DNA of 64,000 nt from contig CAXXIA010000002.1 in assembly GCA_963666985.2 (NCBI GenBank), positions 2,976,001 to 3,040,000 on the forward strand, read 5' to 3'. This document shows, piece by piece, positions 48,251 through 59,855 of the stretch (position 1 is its first letter; each line of letters begins with the position of its first letter). This DNA is from Spirochaetia bacterium (GTDB taxonomy: Bacteria > Spirochaetota > Spirochaetia > DSM-2461). Both the position numbers and the translations under genes were made by a program. Below the pieces are notes generated by a model. That model was not told where the DNA came from. It ran no database searches and saw only the letters and a program-made list of their open reading frames with translations.

Positions 48251-51200
48251 ATGAAAAAAATAAGTTTGTTTTTAGTAAATATTATTTTGATTTCTATTCT
48301 TTTCTCTTGTAATGAGATGGAAGAAAAACAGAAAAATATAATTACAAAACAAGAGCAAGACTTTCAGATTTCAAAGAAGCTCACTCAAGAGGAGAAAGCC
48401 TGGTTAAGAAAGCACCCGGATATTTCCATCGGCATCGGTGAAAGTTGGGCACCCTTTGTTTATGTTAAGAGCGACGGGAGTCTGGAGGGCTACGACGTCG
48501 ATCTTATAACCAGGATAAACGAACTGACCGGAGCCGATATCCAATTGGTTGCGGCGCAGTGGAAGGATATTGTCGAAAAGGCCGAAAACAGGGAGATCGA
48601 CGGGCTGGCGGAATCGTCCGTAACACCCTGCAGAGCCGAGAATTTCCTGTTCAGCGATCCCTACAATAAAGTCGAATACGCCGCGGCGTGTCTTCCGGCA
48701 GCGAAAGCGGTTTTTAATGGGCCGGAAGACCTTGCGGGAATGCGTATCGCCCACTTGAAGGGAAATCTATGGACTGAGAAGATCCTTGCATCGATACCCG
48801 ATGCCCGAGGCATCGAAGTTGAATCGGAGAACGGCGCGTTTAGGCTGGTTGTTCAGGAGCAGGCGGATTTCGCTCTGATTCCCGTTCATCAACTCTGTTC
48901 ACTGAGGGAGATTTATCACGAAATACTGAGCATCGCATACATTTTCAGCGAAAAAGAATTCGTTCTGAACACGGTTTATTCCATCCGCAAGGATTGGCCG
49001 GAACTCGTCGGTATTATCAATAAAGCGCTCTCTTCCATGCCTCAAACCGAAAAGAATGAACTCTTCAACAAATGGGTTCCGATAGGAACGGGTTCTGGTG
49101 CGGGCGTGCCCATACTCTCCGTACAAGATCAATTTGATATTACCCAATTCTTGATAATAAGCCTGGGAAGTGTTTTTCTTTGTACTTTTCTTATTTCCTT
49201 CATCTTCTGGTTTGTAAAAGGCCGGCTAAGGCAGCTGACAATCCGGGAAACCCTTATACAGATATTTTCTATTTTTTCGCTTCTGATTATTTCAGCGGCC
49301 GTATTCGTTATTCTTTTATCCGGCTCGCAGAATAAAGAAATCCAGGCAACCGAAAAGTACATTAAATCGAGGAATTTGGCCTTCGAGCTGAAGCAGTCGT
49401 CCGATGATCTGACCCTGTTTGCCAGGACATATGCGGTAACGGGAAATCCGATTTATGAGTATTACTTTCAAAGAATTATTGCCATTCGAGACGGAAAAGA
49501 ACCGCACCCCAAAAATTTTTCACGTTTTTTTTGGTACTATGTCATTGCAAATCCACTGGAGTTCGAGCAGAGCGGTGAAACCTACAGCATTGATGAACGT
49601 CTGAACGAACTCGGTCTTACCGCGGAAGAAAATCGTCTTCTAACCGAAGCAAAAACGAATTCCGACGACCTGATCCATCTGGAAGAAACGGCGTTTAACG
49701 CCGTGAAAGGCGTGTTTCGTGATGACGAAGGTCTCTTTACCATTAAGGGCGTTCCGGACTCTGCCCTGGCGATAAGTATTCTCTATGGAGATGAATATCA
49801 TCAGCTCAAGGCGAAGATAATGGAGCCCATTGATCATTTTTTTTCCCATGTACAGCAGAGAATAATTTATACCGAAAAGCAGCTGCAAAAACGAAACGCG
49901 GCGATTCGACTTGTGATTGTTCTTATTGTCGGCCTGACTTTCATTTATGCGATTCACGCCTTTTTCGTTTTTAGGCGGCGTCTCATACTGCCTCTTTCCA
50001 AACTGAAAAAAGGCGCGGAGGCCATTAAGGACGGCGACTTTTCCCATACGATCGGTTTCAACCGTCAAGATGAGATCGGCGCCCTGGCTACCGCATTCAA
50101 TTTAATGACCATTAGCATCGAAGAAAAAACTTCCCGCATTATCGCCACACTTGAATCAACAACGGACGGTATCATTGTCAGCGATCTCAACAGGAAAGTA
50201 ACCACATTCAACACCCGGTTTCTGGAAATATGGGGCATCGACAGGTCTTTGGCGGAAACAGGCGAAGAAGAACTTCTGCTTAACACCTGTCTCTCCCAAA
50301 TGGCGGAGCCGGAGGCTTTTCTTGATAAGGTCGAATACCTCTATAAAAATCCGGAAGATATGGATTTTGCCGCACAGGCCTTAAGAGACGGCAGAATACT
50401 GGAATGCTATTCAAGACCTCAACGGGTCGGTAATCAAATCCTCGGAAGGGTTTGGAGTTTTCGGGATATCACCGAGCGCAAAAAGTATGAGGATGATCTG
50501 AAAGAAAACCGAGAACATTTGCAGACGATTATCGACAACCTCCCGAGTTCGGTTATTCTCAAGAATCGTGAAGGACGCCATCTTCTGGTCAACAAGTTTT
50601 TTGAAGACGCAACGGGTTTTGCGGCGGATCAGCTGCTGGGGCGAACCGATGCGGAAATTTTCCCCCCTGAAATCGCCGAAACGATTATGGCGAAGGATAA
50701 AGAAGTTCTCGAAAACGGCGTTACAAGCAGGGTGGAGTGGCAATTGCCGCCTCATCCCGACGGAACGCCTCATACCTATCTGACGACGAAAGTGCCGCTG
50801 CTGAATGAGCGAAGAGAAGTTAGCGGACTGTTGGCGTTATCTACGGATATAACCAAAAGAAAATTGGATTTGGAAACGATTCGCCGAAGCGAAGCTCAAT
50901 TCAGAACTATTTTCGAGAGATCCCCGGCAGGTGTGATTCATTTCGACTCCGCCGGGAAGGTTCTCAGATGCAATTCCGAAGCCGCCGTGATTCTTGGCGG
51001 TACGATGGATGAGCTTATCGGATTCGATGCTGTAACAAGGCTTGCCAATAAGGATGTGGCCGATGCTCTGCTTTTGGCGATCAGCGGAAAAACCGCCGAA
51101 TTCGAGGGAGAATACCTTTCTGTAACAGGAGGAATCAAAGCTTGGCTTCACATAACCTTTAATCCTTTGGAACCGGAATATTCGCCCTGTGAAGTCATCT

Positions 51201-53509
51201 GTACTCTCCAAGACTACACCGAGAGGAAAAAGAATGAAGTACTCCTTCGGGAAGCCAAGGAAGCCGCGGAAACCGCCGCCAGGACAAAAAGCGATTTTCT
51301 GGCCAATATGAGCCATGAGATAAGAACGCCGATGAACGCCGTTATCGGAATGAGCCATCTCGTTCTCAATACGAAGTTAACCCTCAAGCAGCGTGACTAC
51401 ATCAATAAAATCGACAGATCGGCCAAGTCCCTTCTCAATATCATTAACGACATCCTTGATTTCTCGAAGATTGAAGCCGGGAAGCTTGAAATCGAATCCG
51501 TTCCATTCCTGTTGGACGAAGTGCTCGAAAATCTTTTGGGTATGATTTCGGTCAAAAGTCAGGAGAAAGACTTGGAACTGGTATTCAACATCGCTTCGGA
51601 TTTTCCTCAGGGATTGATCGGTGATCCTTTACGCCTGGGGCAGATCCTACTCAATTTGTGCACCAACGCCATTAAATTTACCAAAGAGGGACAGATCGTC
51701 GTCTCCGCGGAAATCGAAAAACGGGAGAAAGAGGAAATAAAGGCCAGATTCAGCGTCCGGGATACGGGAATCGGGCTGAGTCCCGATCAGCAGGAGAAAT
51801 TGTTTCAATCGTTTACCCAGGGAGATACATCCACCACGAGAAAATTCGGAGGCACCGGACTGGGGCTCGCCATCTGCAGGAATTTGGCGGAACTCATGGG
51901 CGGAGAGATCGGCGTGGTCTCTTCTCCCGGAAAGGGAAGTACGTTTTGGTTTACGATTTGGTTGGAATTACATGAGAATAACGGAACTAAAGATCGCGAC
52001 TTTGCGGCGTTGGCGGCCGATCTTAAAGGTAAGCGAATCCTTATCGTGGACGACAATATTGATTCGCTGCAATCATTGAAAATAATGACTCATAGCTTCG
52101 GTTTTAATGTCGTGACGGCGAATTCGGCACCGGAGGCTTTGGATATTCTTGAAAACGCGGCTCAGCATAAACCGTTTTCTCTGGTCCTGATGGATCTGAA
52201 AATGCCCGGAATGGACGGAATCGAAGCCACACGGATTATCAAATCGAATCCGGTTCTCGCTCCCATCACCACCGTAATCATAGTTTCCGCCTACGGCCGG
52301 GAGGAATATATGCACCAGGCCGAGGAAGTGGGAATCGAGGCGTTCCTCATCAAACCGATCAGCCAGTCGGTTCTCTTCAATACGATCATGGATGCGTTCG
52401 GTTATGAAGTATCTCACAAGAGTCGAAAAAAGGTTAAAGATCGGAATCTTCCGGATATTTTGGATAAAGTCCGCGGAGCGCATATTCTTTTGGTTGAGGA
52501 TAATGCTCTGAATCAGCAGGTTTCCATCGAACTTTTAGAGAATGAAGGGTTTTTCGTCACGCTGGCCGAAGACGGGAAAATCGCCGCGGAAACCCTCAAG
52601 TCAACGGACGCGGATGCGTATGATCTTGTCCTTATGGACCTTCAGATGCCGGTTATGGACGGCATAACCGCAACAAAGGAAGTACGGGAGAATAGGCGGT
52701 TTAACGGTCTTCCCATTATCGCAATGACCGCGGATGCCATGTCCGGAGTCGCGGAAAAAGTGCTTGATGCCGGCATGAATGATATTGTGATCAAGCCGAT
52801 CGATCCCGCGGCTCTGTTTGCCGCTCTCGCCAAATGGATCAAGCCCGGGGAACGGAATCTGCCTGATGATTATCATAAAGAGACTCATAAAGCCGGAGAA
52901 AATAAAGAATTAATGCCGAATCTCGAAGGCTTTGATGTGAAAATGGGATTGGAACGGGTCGGAGGAAAGATTGAGAGATACCGGAGATTATTAGGCCAAT
53001 TCGACGCCGACCAAGGTGATGCCGGCATCCGTCTCGGAAAGGCTTTGGAAAGCGGCGATTCGGAAGAGGCCGTCAGAATCGCTCATACATTGAAGGGCGT
53101 ATCGGGAATGATCGGTGCGGACGAACTGTATGAACGAACGAGAGAACTGGAGCTGCTGATAAAAGAAGGCTCATTAGGGAAAATCGAGAGTGCCTTGGCG
53201 GCCGTGAGTGAAAGCCTGGGGCATGCTCTAAGGCAGATCGATCAAGTCCTGCTTGAGAAAGACGACTCCGGCGGATCCGGTGAAATTGATGAAGCCGAAC
53301 TTAAAAAGCTGTCCCAAAAGCTTGAGGAGCTTCTGCTTGAGGACGATTCGAGGGCGGACGATACGGTAACCGAAATCCTCCGAATTGTTAAAGGTACCTC
53401 TTATGAGGCGCAGTTTTCCTCCATAGCGGATAATATTGAGGAAATTGAATATAAAAAAGCTTTGAAAAAGCTTCGGCGGATCGTAATCGGAGTTGAAAAA
53501 GATGGCTAG
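48251..53509 (+). CDS. Hybrid sensor histidine kinase (PBP sensor, HAMP, 3 PAS, HisKA, HATPase, 2 REC, HPt)
   Basis: [42 protein letters not shown], two LMDL.MP receiver motifs, AHTLKG. Confidence 0.96.
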   Translation: MKKISLFLVNIILISILFSCNEMEEKQKNIITKQEQDFQISKKLTQEEKAWLRKHPDISIGIGESWAPFVYVKSDGSLEGYDVDLITRINELTGADIQLVAAQWKDIVEKAENREIDGLAESSVTPCRAENFLFSDPYNKVEYAAACLPAAKAVFNGPEDLAGMRIAHLKGNLWTEKILASIPDARGIEVESENGAFRLVVQEQADFALIPVHQLCSLREIYHEILSIAYIFSEKEFVLNTVYSIRKDWPELVGIINKALSSMPQTEKNELFNKWVPIGTGSGAGVPILSVQDQFDITQFLIISLGSVFLCTFLISFIFWFVKGRLRQLTIRETLIQIFSIFSLLIISAAVFVILLSGSQNKEIQATEKYIKSRNLAFELKQSSDDLTLFARTYAVTGNPIYEYYFQRIIAIRDGKEPHPKNFSRFFWYYVIANPLEFEQSGETYSIDERLNELGLTAEENRLLTEAKTNSDDLIHLEETAFNAVKGVFRDDEGLFTIKGVPDSALAISILYGDEYHQLKAKIMEPIDHFFSHVQQRIIYTEKQLQKRNAAIRLVIVLIVGLTFIYAIHAFFVFRRRLILPLSKLKKGAEAIKDGDFSHTIGFNRQDEIGALATAFNLMTISIEEKTSRIIATLESTTDGIIVSDLNRKVTTFNTRFLEIWGIDRSLAETGEEELLLNTCLSQMAEPEAFLDKVEYLYKNPEDMDFAAQALRDGRILECYSRPQRVGNQILGRVWSFRDITERKKYEDDLKENREHLQTIIDNLPSSVILKNREGRHLLVNKFFEDATGFAADQLLGRTDAEIFPPEIAETIMAKDKEVLENGVTSRVEWQLPPHPDGTPHTYLTTKVPLLNERREVSGLLALSTDITKRKLDLETIRRSEAQFRTIFERSPAGVIHFDSAGKVLRCNSEAAVILGGTMDELIGFDAVTRLANKDVADALLLAISGKTAEFEGEYLSVTGGIKAWLHITFNPLEPEYSPCEVICTLQDYTERKKNEVLLREAKEAAETAARTKSDFLANMSHEIRTPMNAVIGMSHLVLNTKLTLKQRDYINKIDRSAKSLLNIINDILDFSKIEAGKLEIESVPFLLDEVLENLLGMISVKSQEKDLELVFNIASDFPQGLIGDPLRLGQILLNLCTNAIKFTKEGQIVVSAEIEKREKEEIKARFSVRDTGIGLSPDQQEKLFQSFTQGDTSTTRKFGGTGLGLAICRNLAELMGGEIGVVSSPGKGSTFWFTIWLELHENNGTKDRDFAALAADLKGKRILIVDDNIDSLQSLKIMTHSFGFNVVTANSAPEALDILENAAQHKPFSLVLMDLKMPGMDGIEATRIIKSNPVLAPITTVIIVSAYGREEYMHQAEEVGIEAFLIKPISQSVLFNTIMDAFGYEVSHKSRKKVKDRNLPDILDKVRGAHILLVEDNALNQQVSIELLENEGFFVTLAEDGKIAAETLKSTDADAYDLVLMDLQMPVMDGITATKEVRENRRFNGLPIIAMTADAMSGVAEKVLDAGMNDIVIKPIDPAALFAALAKWIKPGERNLPDDYHKETHKAGENKELMPNLEGFDVKMGLERVGGKIERYRRLLGQFDADQGDAGIRLGKALESGDSEEAVRIAHTLKGVSGMIGADELYERTRELELLIKEGSLGKIESALAAVSESLGHALRQIDQVLLEKDDSGGSGEIDEAELKKLSQKLEELLLEDDSRADDTVTEILRIVKGTSYEAQFSSIADNIEEIEYKKALKKLRRIVIGVEKDG

Positions 53510-54584
53510 AATACTCGTTGTAGACGATGCCTCCGTAAACAGAGAAGTTCTAAAAAGTCTGCTCAACCCTCTTTATACCGTTTATCTGGCAAAAGACGGC
53601 GAGCAGGCTATTAAATTGGCCAGGAAACGTCAGCCGGACATCATCCTTCTTGATGTCGTGATGCCTGTTATGGATGGTTATGAAGCCTGCCGCGAACTGA
53701 AATCGGATGAAAGCACCCAAGATATACCGATTATCTTTCTTACCTCCATGGAAGATGAAGAAGATGAAGCCAAAGGCCTGGCCTTCGGTGCCGTGGATTA
53801 CATAATCAAGCCCGTCAGGCCGTCGATACTGAGAGAGCGGGTAAAAAATCATCTTGAACTGAAAAGCTCCCGGGATTTCTTGAAGAGGCAGAAGGAGGTT
53901 TTGGAAGAGAAGGTTTTGGAACGAACCCGTCAGATGGAAGAACTCCAAGATGTCGCCATGGTCGCCATGGGCGCCCTGGCCGAATCCCGGGATCCCGAGA
54001 CGGGGAATCATATCAGACGAACCCAGCACTATATCAAACTTCTTGCGCATCATTTGAAAGACCATGCCCGATTCAAAGATTTCCTTACCCCCGAGGTTAT
54101 CACCTCCATCTTCAAATCCGCGCCTCTGCACGATATCGGGAAAGTCGGCGTTCCGGATGTCATACTGCTCAAACCCGGGAAGCTGACCCATGATGAATTC
54201 GAAATCATGAAACTGCATACGGCTTACGGCCGCGATGCCATTGCCGCCGCGGAAGGCTCAATCAATTATGCCGAAGATTTTCTGTTTTTCGCAAAGGAGA
54301 TAGCCTATTACCATCATGAGAAATGGGACGGTTCCGGGTATCTGGAAGGATTGAAGGGAGATGAAATACCCCTATCGGCCCGATTGATGGCCGTTGCGGA
54401 TGTTTATGATGCACTTATCAGCCGGCGGGTGTACAAGTCTCCTTTTTCTCATGAGAAAGCCGTTTCCTTAATCAAAGAAGGAAGGGGACATCACTTCGAT
54501 CCGGATATTATTGATGTGTTTCTTGAAATAACGGATCAGTTTTATACTATTTCACAAAGTTTTATGGATGATGTTGAGCGCTAA
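53502..54584 (+). CDS. RpfG-like response regulator with HD-GYP phosphodiesterase domain
   Basis: [47 protein letters not shown]. Confidence 0.93.
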   Translation: MARILVVDDASVNREVLKSLLNPLYTVYLAKDGEQAIKLARKRQPDIILLDVVMPVMDGYEACRELKSDESTQDIPIIFLTSMEDEEDEAKGLAFGAVDYIIKPVRPSILRERVKNHLELKSSRDFLKRQKEVLEEKVLERTRQMEELQDVAMVAMGALAESRDPETGNHIRRTQHYIKLLAHHLKDHARFKDFLTPEVITSIFKSAPLHDIGKVGVPDVILLKPGKLTHDEFEIMKLHTAYGRDAIAAAEGSINYAEDFLFFAKEIAYYHHEKWDGSGYLEGLKGDEIPLSARLMAVADVYDALISRRVYKSPFSHEKAVSLIKEGRGHHFDPDIIDVFLEITDQFYTISQSFMDDVER

Positions 54585-54635
54585 GGATTCGTCTTGATGA
54601 TTGAATTCGGCCCATCAGCGGGTGCACTATAAATT

Positions 54636-55652
54636 ATGATGCAATATAACGACGAATCCCGAATGGCGGCCGATGGGAATAACCGAGTTCCTTTATGTTC
54701 CAAAGTCCTTATCGTCGGTGCCGGTTCCATCGGCCGAAGGCATGCCCGGGTTCTGACGAAATTGGGGATGGAACGGATAGCGGTGTGCGATTCATCGGCG
54801 GTGGCCGTTTCCCATTTTTCCGAAGATGTCCGGCCTTCGGAGATTTACGGAGATTTTTCCGAAGCCTTAAGGAGTGATGCCGAGGCTGTTTTCATCTGCA
54901 CCCCGCCGTCTTTGCATATCGGGCAGTCCATTCGGGCGCTGAATGCGGGCAAACATGTGTTCTGTGAAAAACCGCTTTCGGATTCCATGGAAGGAACGGA
55001 AGAGTTACAAAAAGCCATAGCTGAAAGCCGGAAGAAATTCACCGTAGGGTATTGTTTCCGATTCCATGACGGCCTGATTCAGGCGAAGTCGTATATCGAA
55101 AGCGGCAAAATCGGCCGTTTAATCAGCACGCGCCACCGCATGGGGGAAAATCTCGCGGAAGTCCGTCCCGATTACCGCGGATTATTTACGTTAAAAGAAA
55201 ACGGTGTTTACGATCTTTCTCATGAAATCGATTTGGCCTGCTGGTTTTTCGGAGGCGAAATCCGTGATGTTAAACGGATGGAGGGAGCTTACGGAGACTT
55301 GGGATTTACGGCCCCCGATTTGGCCGAGGTTCTCATTCGGTTTGATGAAGGGCTCGCGTCGGTTCATCTCGATTATTTTTCCAAGCCCCGTTCGAGAGTA
55401 ACCGAACTCATCGGGACCGAAGGAACCGTTCTTGTCGAGTTTCCCACGTGGGATTCCTGTACCCTTTCCGTTTTCGATTCGCAAGGGAACATGTGGAATC
55501 GGGAGATTCTGGAAACCGAACGGGACGATATGTTCGAGCGGGAAATCATAAGCTTCTTTAATGCGATTGATGCCGACACATCCGTGGATGTGGATCTGAA
55601 CGAAGCACGAAAAAGCCAGAGAATCATGTACGGAAAGTGGGGATCGGAATAG
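54636..55652 (+). CDS. Gfo/Idh/MocA family oxidoreductase
   Basis: VGAGSIGRRH, ICTPPSLH, HVFCEKP, SHEID. Exact start uncertain. Confidence 0.92.
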   Translation: MMQYNDESRMAADGNNRVPLCSKVLIVGAGSIGRRHARVLTKLGMERIAVCDSSAVAVSHFSEDVRPSEIYGDFSEALRSDAEAVFICTPPSLHIGQSIRALNAGKHVFCEKPLSDSMEGTEELQKAIAESRKKFTVGYCFRFHDGLIQAKSYIESGKIGRLISTRHRMGENLAEVRPDYRGLFTLKENGVYDLSHEIDLACWFFGGEIRDVKRMEGAYGDLGFTAPDLAEVLIRFDEGLASVHLDYFSKPRSRVTELIGTEGTVLVEFPTWDSCTLSVFDSQGNMWNREILETERDDMFEREIISFFNAIDADTSVDVDLNEARKSQRIMYGKWGSE

Positions 55653-55763
55653 ATTTCCCGCGGCATGCCGATGTTTTTCGCCGCGTTCGGGCCGAATCCG
55701 AATGGGCGGTGCTCAAGGATTGACGATTCTCCCGATGTGATGCCCGCCGTCGGAATTCAGGCT

Positions 55764-56864
55764 TCAGGTTCGAAAGATTTCTTCCAGCGATTCCCACAGC
55801 GCCTTGCCGTTCTCCGGCGAATCGGCGGTCTCCGACGGGGGCCGTTTTCGCATCAGAAACTGATAGAGTGCGGTTTCTCCTTCGATTCGTTCGGACGCGG
55901 CCAGGTAGAGAATCGGCAGCGCCGCCTTCTGGGGCGGCTGGAAGAAAAGCCGGAAGAAGAGATTTGAAAAGGGCCGGACGATGGCCGGGACTTCCCGGGC
56001 GATGTTCGAGGCAATGGGTCCCGGACAGAGGGCATGGACGCTCGCGTCCGGGCCGCCATCCGGTTCCGCGCCGGAGAGGCGGCGCGCCAGTTCCCGGGCG
56101 AATGTGAGCAGAAGCAGCTTGGTCCATCCGTAGCGGGGCGTACTTTCGGCCATGCCGTAGGGTTCCACCGTCTTTAGTTCATCAAGCCGGAGCTCCGGCA
56201 CCGAACGATGGGCTTCCGAGGCGACGATGATGATGCGCGGGATCGGGCGGTCCGCGGAATCGCCGCTGAAGGCGGAAACCGGCGCGCACCGATGTAATCC
56301 GGCGGTATCGCCTGATTGACGTCTGCTCAAAGCTCCCCGGCCGTTCTCGGCGAACGTGTCGTTCGGGATAATGCCTCTTTCCAGCAGGCCTTTAAGCAGG
56401 AGCGCCGGTGCCAGGGAATTCACCTGGAGCATTTCTTCGAAGCCGTCCACGGTTTTCCGGGCACCGCTCGGCACCACCGCGGCATTGGAGACGGCCACGT
56501 TGATTCGTTCACCCCGGGCGGAAAGATTGTCCAACAGCGCGCGGATGGATGAAAAATCGGCCATGTCCGCCCGGAGCACCTCGGCGCCTCCTCCGTTTCC
56601 CTCTCCGGCTTTTCGGACCGAGAGACGTTCTTCTTCGGCATCGCGGCGGCAGACCATCAGAACGCGGGCGCCTCGTGAGGCCATGCCTTTCGCGGCCGCC
56701 AGACCGAGTCCGGAGGAGGCGCCGGTGATGAGAACCGTGCGGCCGTCCAGCCGATCGGAATCTTTCAGTTCGTCATAGGGCGGATCAGTTTTATCGTTTA
56801 AATCTCGGATGCCGGCCCAAACGGCTCCGCTGTTGGACGTGTAGGTTTTCCGCGTTTTCGTCAT
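55764..56864 (-). CDS. SDR family oxidoreductase (retinol dehydrogenase-like)
   Basis: TGASSGLG, NAAV, YGWTK (YxxxK), LCPGPIAS. Confidence 0.9.
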   Translation of the reverse strand: MTKTRKTYTSNSGAVWAGIRDLNDKTDPPYDELKDSDRLDGRTVLITGASSGLGLAAAKGMASRGARVLMVCRRDAEEERLSVRKAGEGNGGGAEVLRADMADFSSIRALLDNLSARGERINVAVSNAAVVPSGARKTVDGFEEMLQVNSLAPALLLKGLLERGIIPNDTFAENGRGALSRRQSGDTAGLHRCAPVSAFSGDSADRPIPRIIIVASEAHRSVPELRLDELKTVEPYGMAESTPRYGWTKLLLLTFARELARRLSGAEPDGGPDASVHALCPGPIASNIAREVPAIVRPFSNLFFRLFFQPPQKAALPILYLAASERIEGETALYQFLMRKRPPSETADSPENGKALWESLEEIFRT

Positions 56865-56878
56865 AGTTTTTGTTTTCC

Positions 56879-58342
56879 TTAGTGTTCGTCCGGTACGTTG
56901 TAGCGGTTCCGGTATTCGCTGAAGAGCGATCGAATGGTTTCTTTCTCGTATCCGAAGTCGGTTGGATCGTAGGCGTGTTTGCCGAATCGGTGACGGCCAT
57001 GTCCGAGAAGGAATGCTTCCGCCGCCGCTTCCTGGTCCTCACCGAAGGCGATTCCGGCGAAGTCTAAGATGCCGGAAAGGGTGCCGATGGGATTGCCCAT
57101 CAGATCGATATATTGGACGTCCAGAAACGTTTCTTGTTCTTCGGAATGCGGCAGGGAGTCACGATAATTCATGCCGTTCTCCACCATCCGAAGGCATTTG
57201 CGCATCCAGTGGCGTCCTATGGATTTCGGATTCGGGGCGTCGGTGAACATACCGTAGCCGTGGGCCACCATGCTGAGGAAACTGCCGACGGCCGTGACCG
57301 GATCGCGGTGGGTTTGGACGATTTTGGCCTCGGGGAAAACCGCGCGCAGCGTGTCCAGGAATTCCAGGTGATGGGGTGTTTTCAAGATCCAATATGGGCG
57401 AGGATTCTCTGCCTGCAGTAAAAGCATGATTTTCCGCATAAAGAGGTAGGCGGGCGTGGAATCCGCCGATTCAACCCACGCCGCGTATGTCGGAACATTG
57501 AGGATGGCTTCGGCGACGGTGCTGCGGAAGGTGTTGTCCAGAAGAAGAACGTCTTCTTCCGGAGCCCGGTAGTCGATGGGATGGACGGCGAAGAAATCCG
57601 GCGCAATCCAGGCCGCTCCCTTCTCGGCCCGGAGCGCGGCCTTGAGCCGGGGATCTTTCCCGCGGCAGCCGGGCGGGGGAGGCACGGGATCGAGAACTTC
57701 CCAGGAGGCGAAGGAACGGAAGCGATCATCATCGGCGATAAGCCGGTGAAGCAAGGTTGTGCCGGTTCGCTGAAGCCCCGTGATGACAAGCGGCGGAGAG
57801 AGCGGTGCGTCGAGGGCTCCGGGATTTTTTTCCATCAGTTCTTCGGCACGGAAGCGCGCTTTGAGGGCGGTGACGAGCCGTCCCCGGGTAATCATTCGGC
57901 CCAGGGGATTCAGATCCGCTTCGGTTTCAATGGAATCAATGAGGATTTCAAGTCCTTCCCGGTAATCATCATCCAGGCCTGTGTAGCCTTTGGGCCGGCC
58001 CGCCGCTCGGGCGGCCGCCTTGATAATCGCGTCGGTATTGAGGGGCCGCCTGATGCCGATGGTTCCTAAGGCTCGGCCGGCCGCATTAACCGCTCCCAGC
58101 GGGAAGGGCCGGTAAGGGTGGGCGTAGTCGCGGGAGGTAACGCGGGGTGAGGGCCTGGGTGCTTCAACCGGATGACCGGGGGAGAGTGGACTGTTTTTGA
58201 CGGCCGATTCGCCGACTTTGAGGATGGGGGCGTCTTGCTGTTCGGCACGTTTATCGGCCGGGGGTGCGGCAGGGCGGTTTTCGGGTTTCGCTGCGGCGGC
58301 ATGCGGGCAAGATTCCGCCCGGCCTTCATCACGGGTGCTCAT
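56879..58342 (-). CDS. PAPS-dependent sulfotransferase (Sulfotransfer_3 type)
   Basis: GLQRTGTTLL (PSB loop), WILKTPHH, QTHRDP. Confidence 0.92.
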   Translation of the reverse strand: MSTRDEGRAESCPHAAAAKPENRPAAPPADKRAEQQDAPILKVGESAVKNSPLSPGHPVEAPRPSPRVTSRDYAHPYRPFPLGAVNAAGRALGTIGIRRPLNTDAIIKAAARAAGRPKGYTGLDDDYREGLEILIDSIETEADLNPLGRMITRGRLVTALKARFRAEELMEKNPGALDAPLSPPLVITGLQRTGTTLLHRLIADDDRFRSFASWEVLDPVPPPPGCRGKDPRLKAALRAEKGAAWIAPDFFAVHPIDYRAPEEDVLLLDNTFRSTVAEAILNVPTYAAWVESADSTPAYLFMRKIMLLLQAENPRPYWILKTPHHLEFLDTLRAVFPEAKIVQTHRDPVTAVGSFLSMVAHGYGMFTDAPNPKSIGRHWMRKCLRMVENGMNYRDSLPHSEEQETFLDVQYIDLMGNPIGTLSGILDFAGIAFGEDQEAAAEAFLLGHGRHRFGKHAYDPTDFGYEKETIRSLFSEYRNRYNVPDEH

Positions 58343-59592
58343 GCGCGGCCCTTCGGCCCGGCCGGTGTGTAGTCCATCCGCCTGGACGGTGCGGCGGATT
58401 CCTCGCTCCGATAGGCTTGGAGATCATCCAAATCAACTTCAAAAATCCTCGGTTGAGGATGGGAGTCCGCGCGGTTCCAGCGGAAGCACATGGACCCGAA
58501 GGCGTGCCCTAAAGGGTTGAGCCAGTTGGGAAGAGAGGGATCTTCGGAGGCGATGATGATGCGGACAGAGCCGTTCGGACGGTAGAAGGCGGTGTGCTTG
58601 TTCACGTGAATTTGTGCGTAGCGGTAGTCGAGGCTTTCGAGCCAATGATTGGAAAGAACGAAGTTCCAGGTGACGCATTCGGGCGGTTCGGCTTCGACGA
58701 CGAGGGCTTTGCCGGGGGAGAGGTGCCAATAGCTGTGGTAATAGGCCATCAGGGGATCGCCTCCGGCGGCATCGGATTTGGCCTGGTCGAAGCGGGGGAG
58801 CCGATTGGTGGTTTTTGAGAAATCGCGGCTCCATTTGGCGAACATCAGCGAGGCTCCGGCCACGAGCTGTCCGGCCTTTTGCAGACCGTTTTCCAATTGC
58901 GCGGCGCTTATCGGAGTTGGGCGGGCCGCGCCGTCCAAGGGTTCCAGGCGGAGGTTGGAGGGAACTTCGCGTGAGCGGTCGCCGAAGAGTTCGCGGACCA
59001 TCACCATTTTCGTTTCGGGCGTGGTTCGCAGCCAGTTCTCTCCTTCTTGTTCGTTGGAGAGGATGATTTCCACTTCGCCGTTGGGGCCGATGATCATTTC
59101 TTCGGTGGTGAGCTGTCCGGCCAGGGGCATGGAGGCGCCGCCGGATTCGGCATAGTCGCCGTCCTGGGTGGAAAAAATGATATAGGGCGTGGTTCCCAGA
59201 GTGCCGATGAGCCGATATTTCTTTCGGCCGTCGATAACGGCGTTGCGGTAGTAGAAGTCGGGGTTGTCGTTTCCCAATTTCACCGTTTCGTGAGCCAGGC
59301 GGCGGAGAACGGGGGCTTCGGGATCTCCCCCTTCGATGAAATTCTCCAGTCCCGCACGAACCAGCCGCGAGAGATAGCGGAAGCCTTCGGCGCGGGTGAA
59401 GGGGTCGTCCGGGGAATCGAAGCCGAGGATGGAGCCTCCGGCATCTTTAAGGGTGTCGCAGAATTCTTCCCAGACGCGGCCTGTTACAACGGCTTCGGCG
59501 GCTTCTTGTTCGGGTGTGAGGCCTTTTCGCTTCAGAGTCCGCAACGCTCTTTTCTTTTGTACCGAGAGGATGAAGGCAAGCAATTTTTTCAT
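58339..59592 (-). CDS. DUF1214-like protein
   Basis: AEGFRYLSRL, GNDNPD..Y, NHWLESLDYR, NWL, MCFRW. Start placed at ATG 59592 after GGAG. Confidence 0.8.
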   Translation of the reverse strand: MKKLLAFILSVQKKRALRTLKRKGLTPEQEAAEAVVTGRVWEEFCDTLKDAGGSILGFDSPDDPFTRAEGFRYLSRLVRAGLENFIEGGDPEAPVLRRLAHETVKLGNDNPDFYYRNAVIDGRKKYRLIGTLGTTPYIIFSTQDGDYAESGGASMPLAGQLTTEEMIIGPNGEVEIILSNEQEGENWLRTTPETKMVMVRELFGDRSREVPSNLRLEPLDGAARPTPISAAQLENGLQKAGQLVAGASLMFAKWSRDFSKTTNRLPRFDQAKSDAAGGDPLMAYYHSYWHLSPGKALVVEAEPPECVTWNFVLSNHWLESLDYRYAQIHVNKHTAFYRPNGSVRIIIASEDPSLPNWLNPLGHAFGSMCFRWNRADSHPQPRIFEVDLDDLQAYRSEESAAPSRRMDYTPAGPKGRA

Positions 59593-59855
59593 AGGCGGGG
59601 CTCCTATGCCGTTCCGGCTGAGGCTATGCAGGCCGTCGCCGAGCAATATGTTCAAGAGCTTTTACGGCATTTTCTTTGGCGCGGAGCCGCCTTTCCGAAT
59701 GGACGGCGACCGTACGGCAGCGCTTATGTGGATATCCTAAAATGCCGCGGGGTTTCGGACAAGACCGCGGGCGGTTTCATAAGCGGAACAAAAAGTCTCC
59801 GGCCGTTTCCGGGGCCTCGCCCCCCGAAGCTTCTTAAGGCTATGATGGGACCGCG

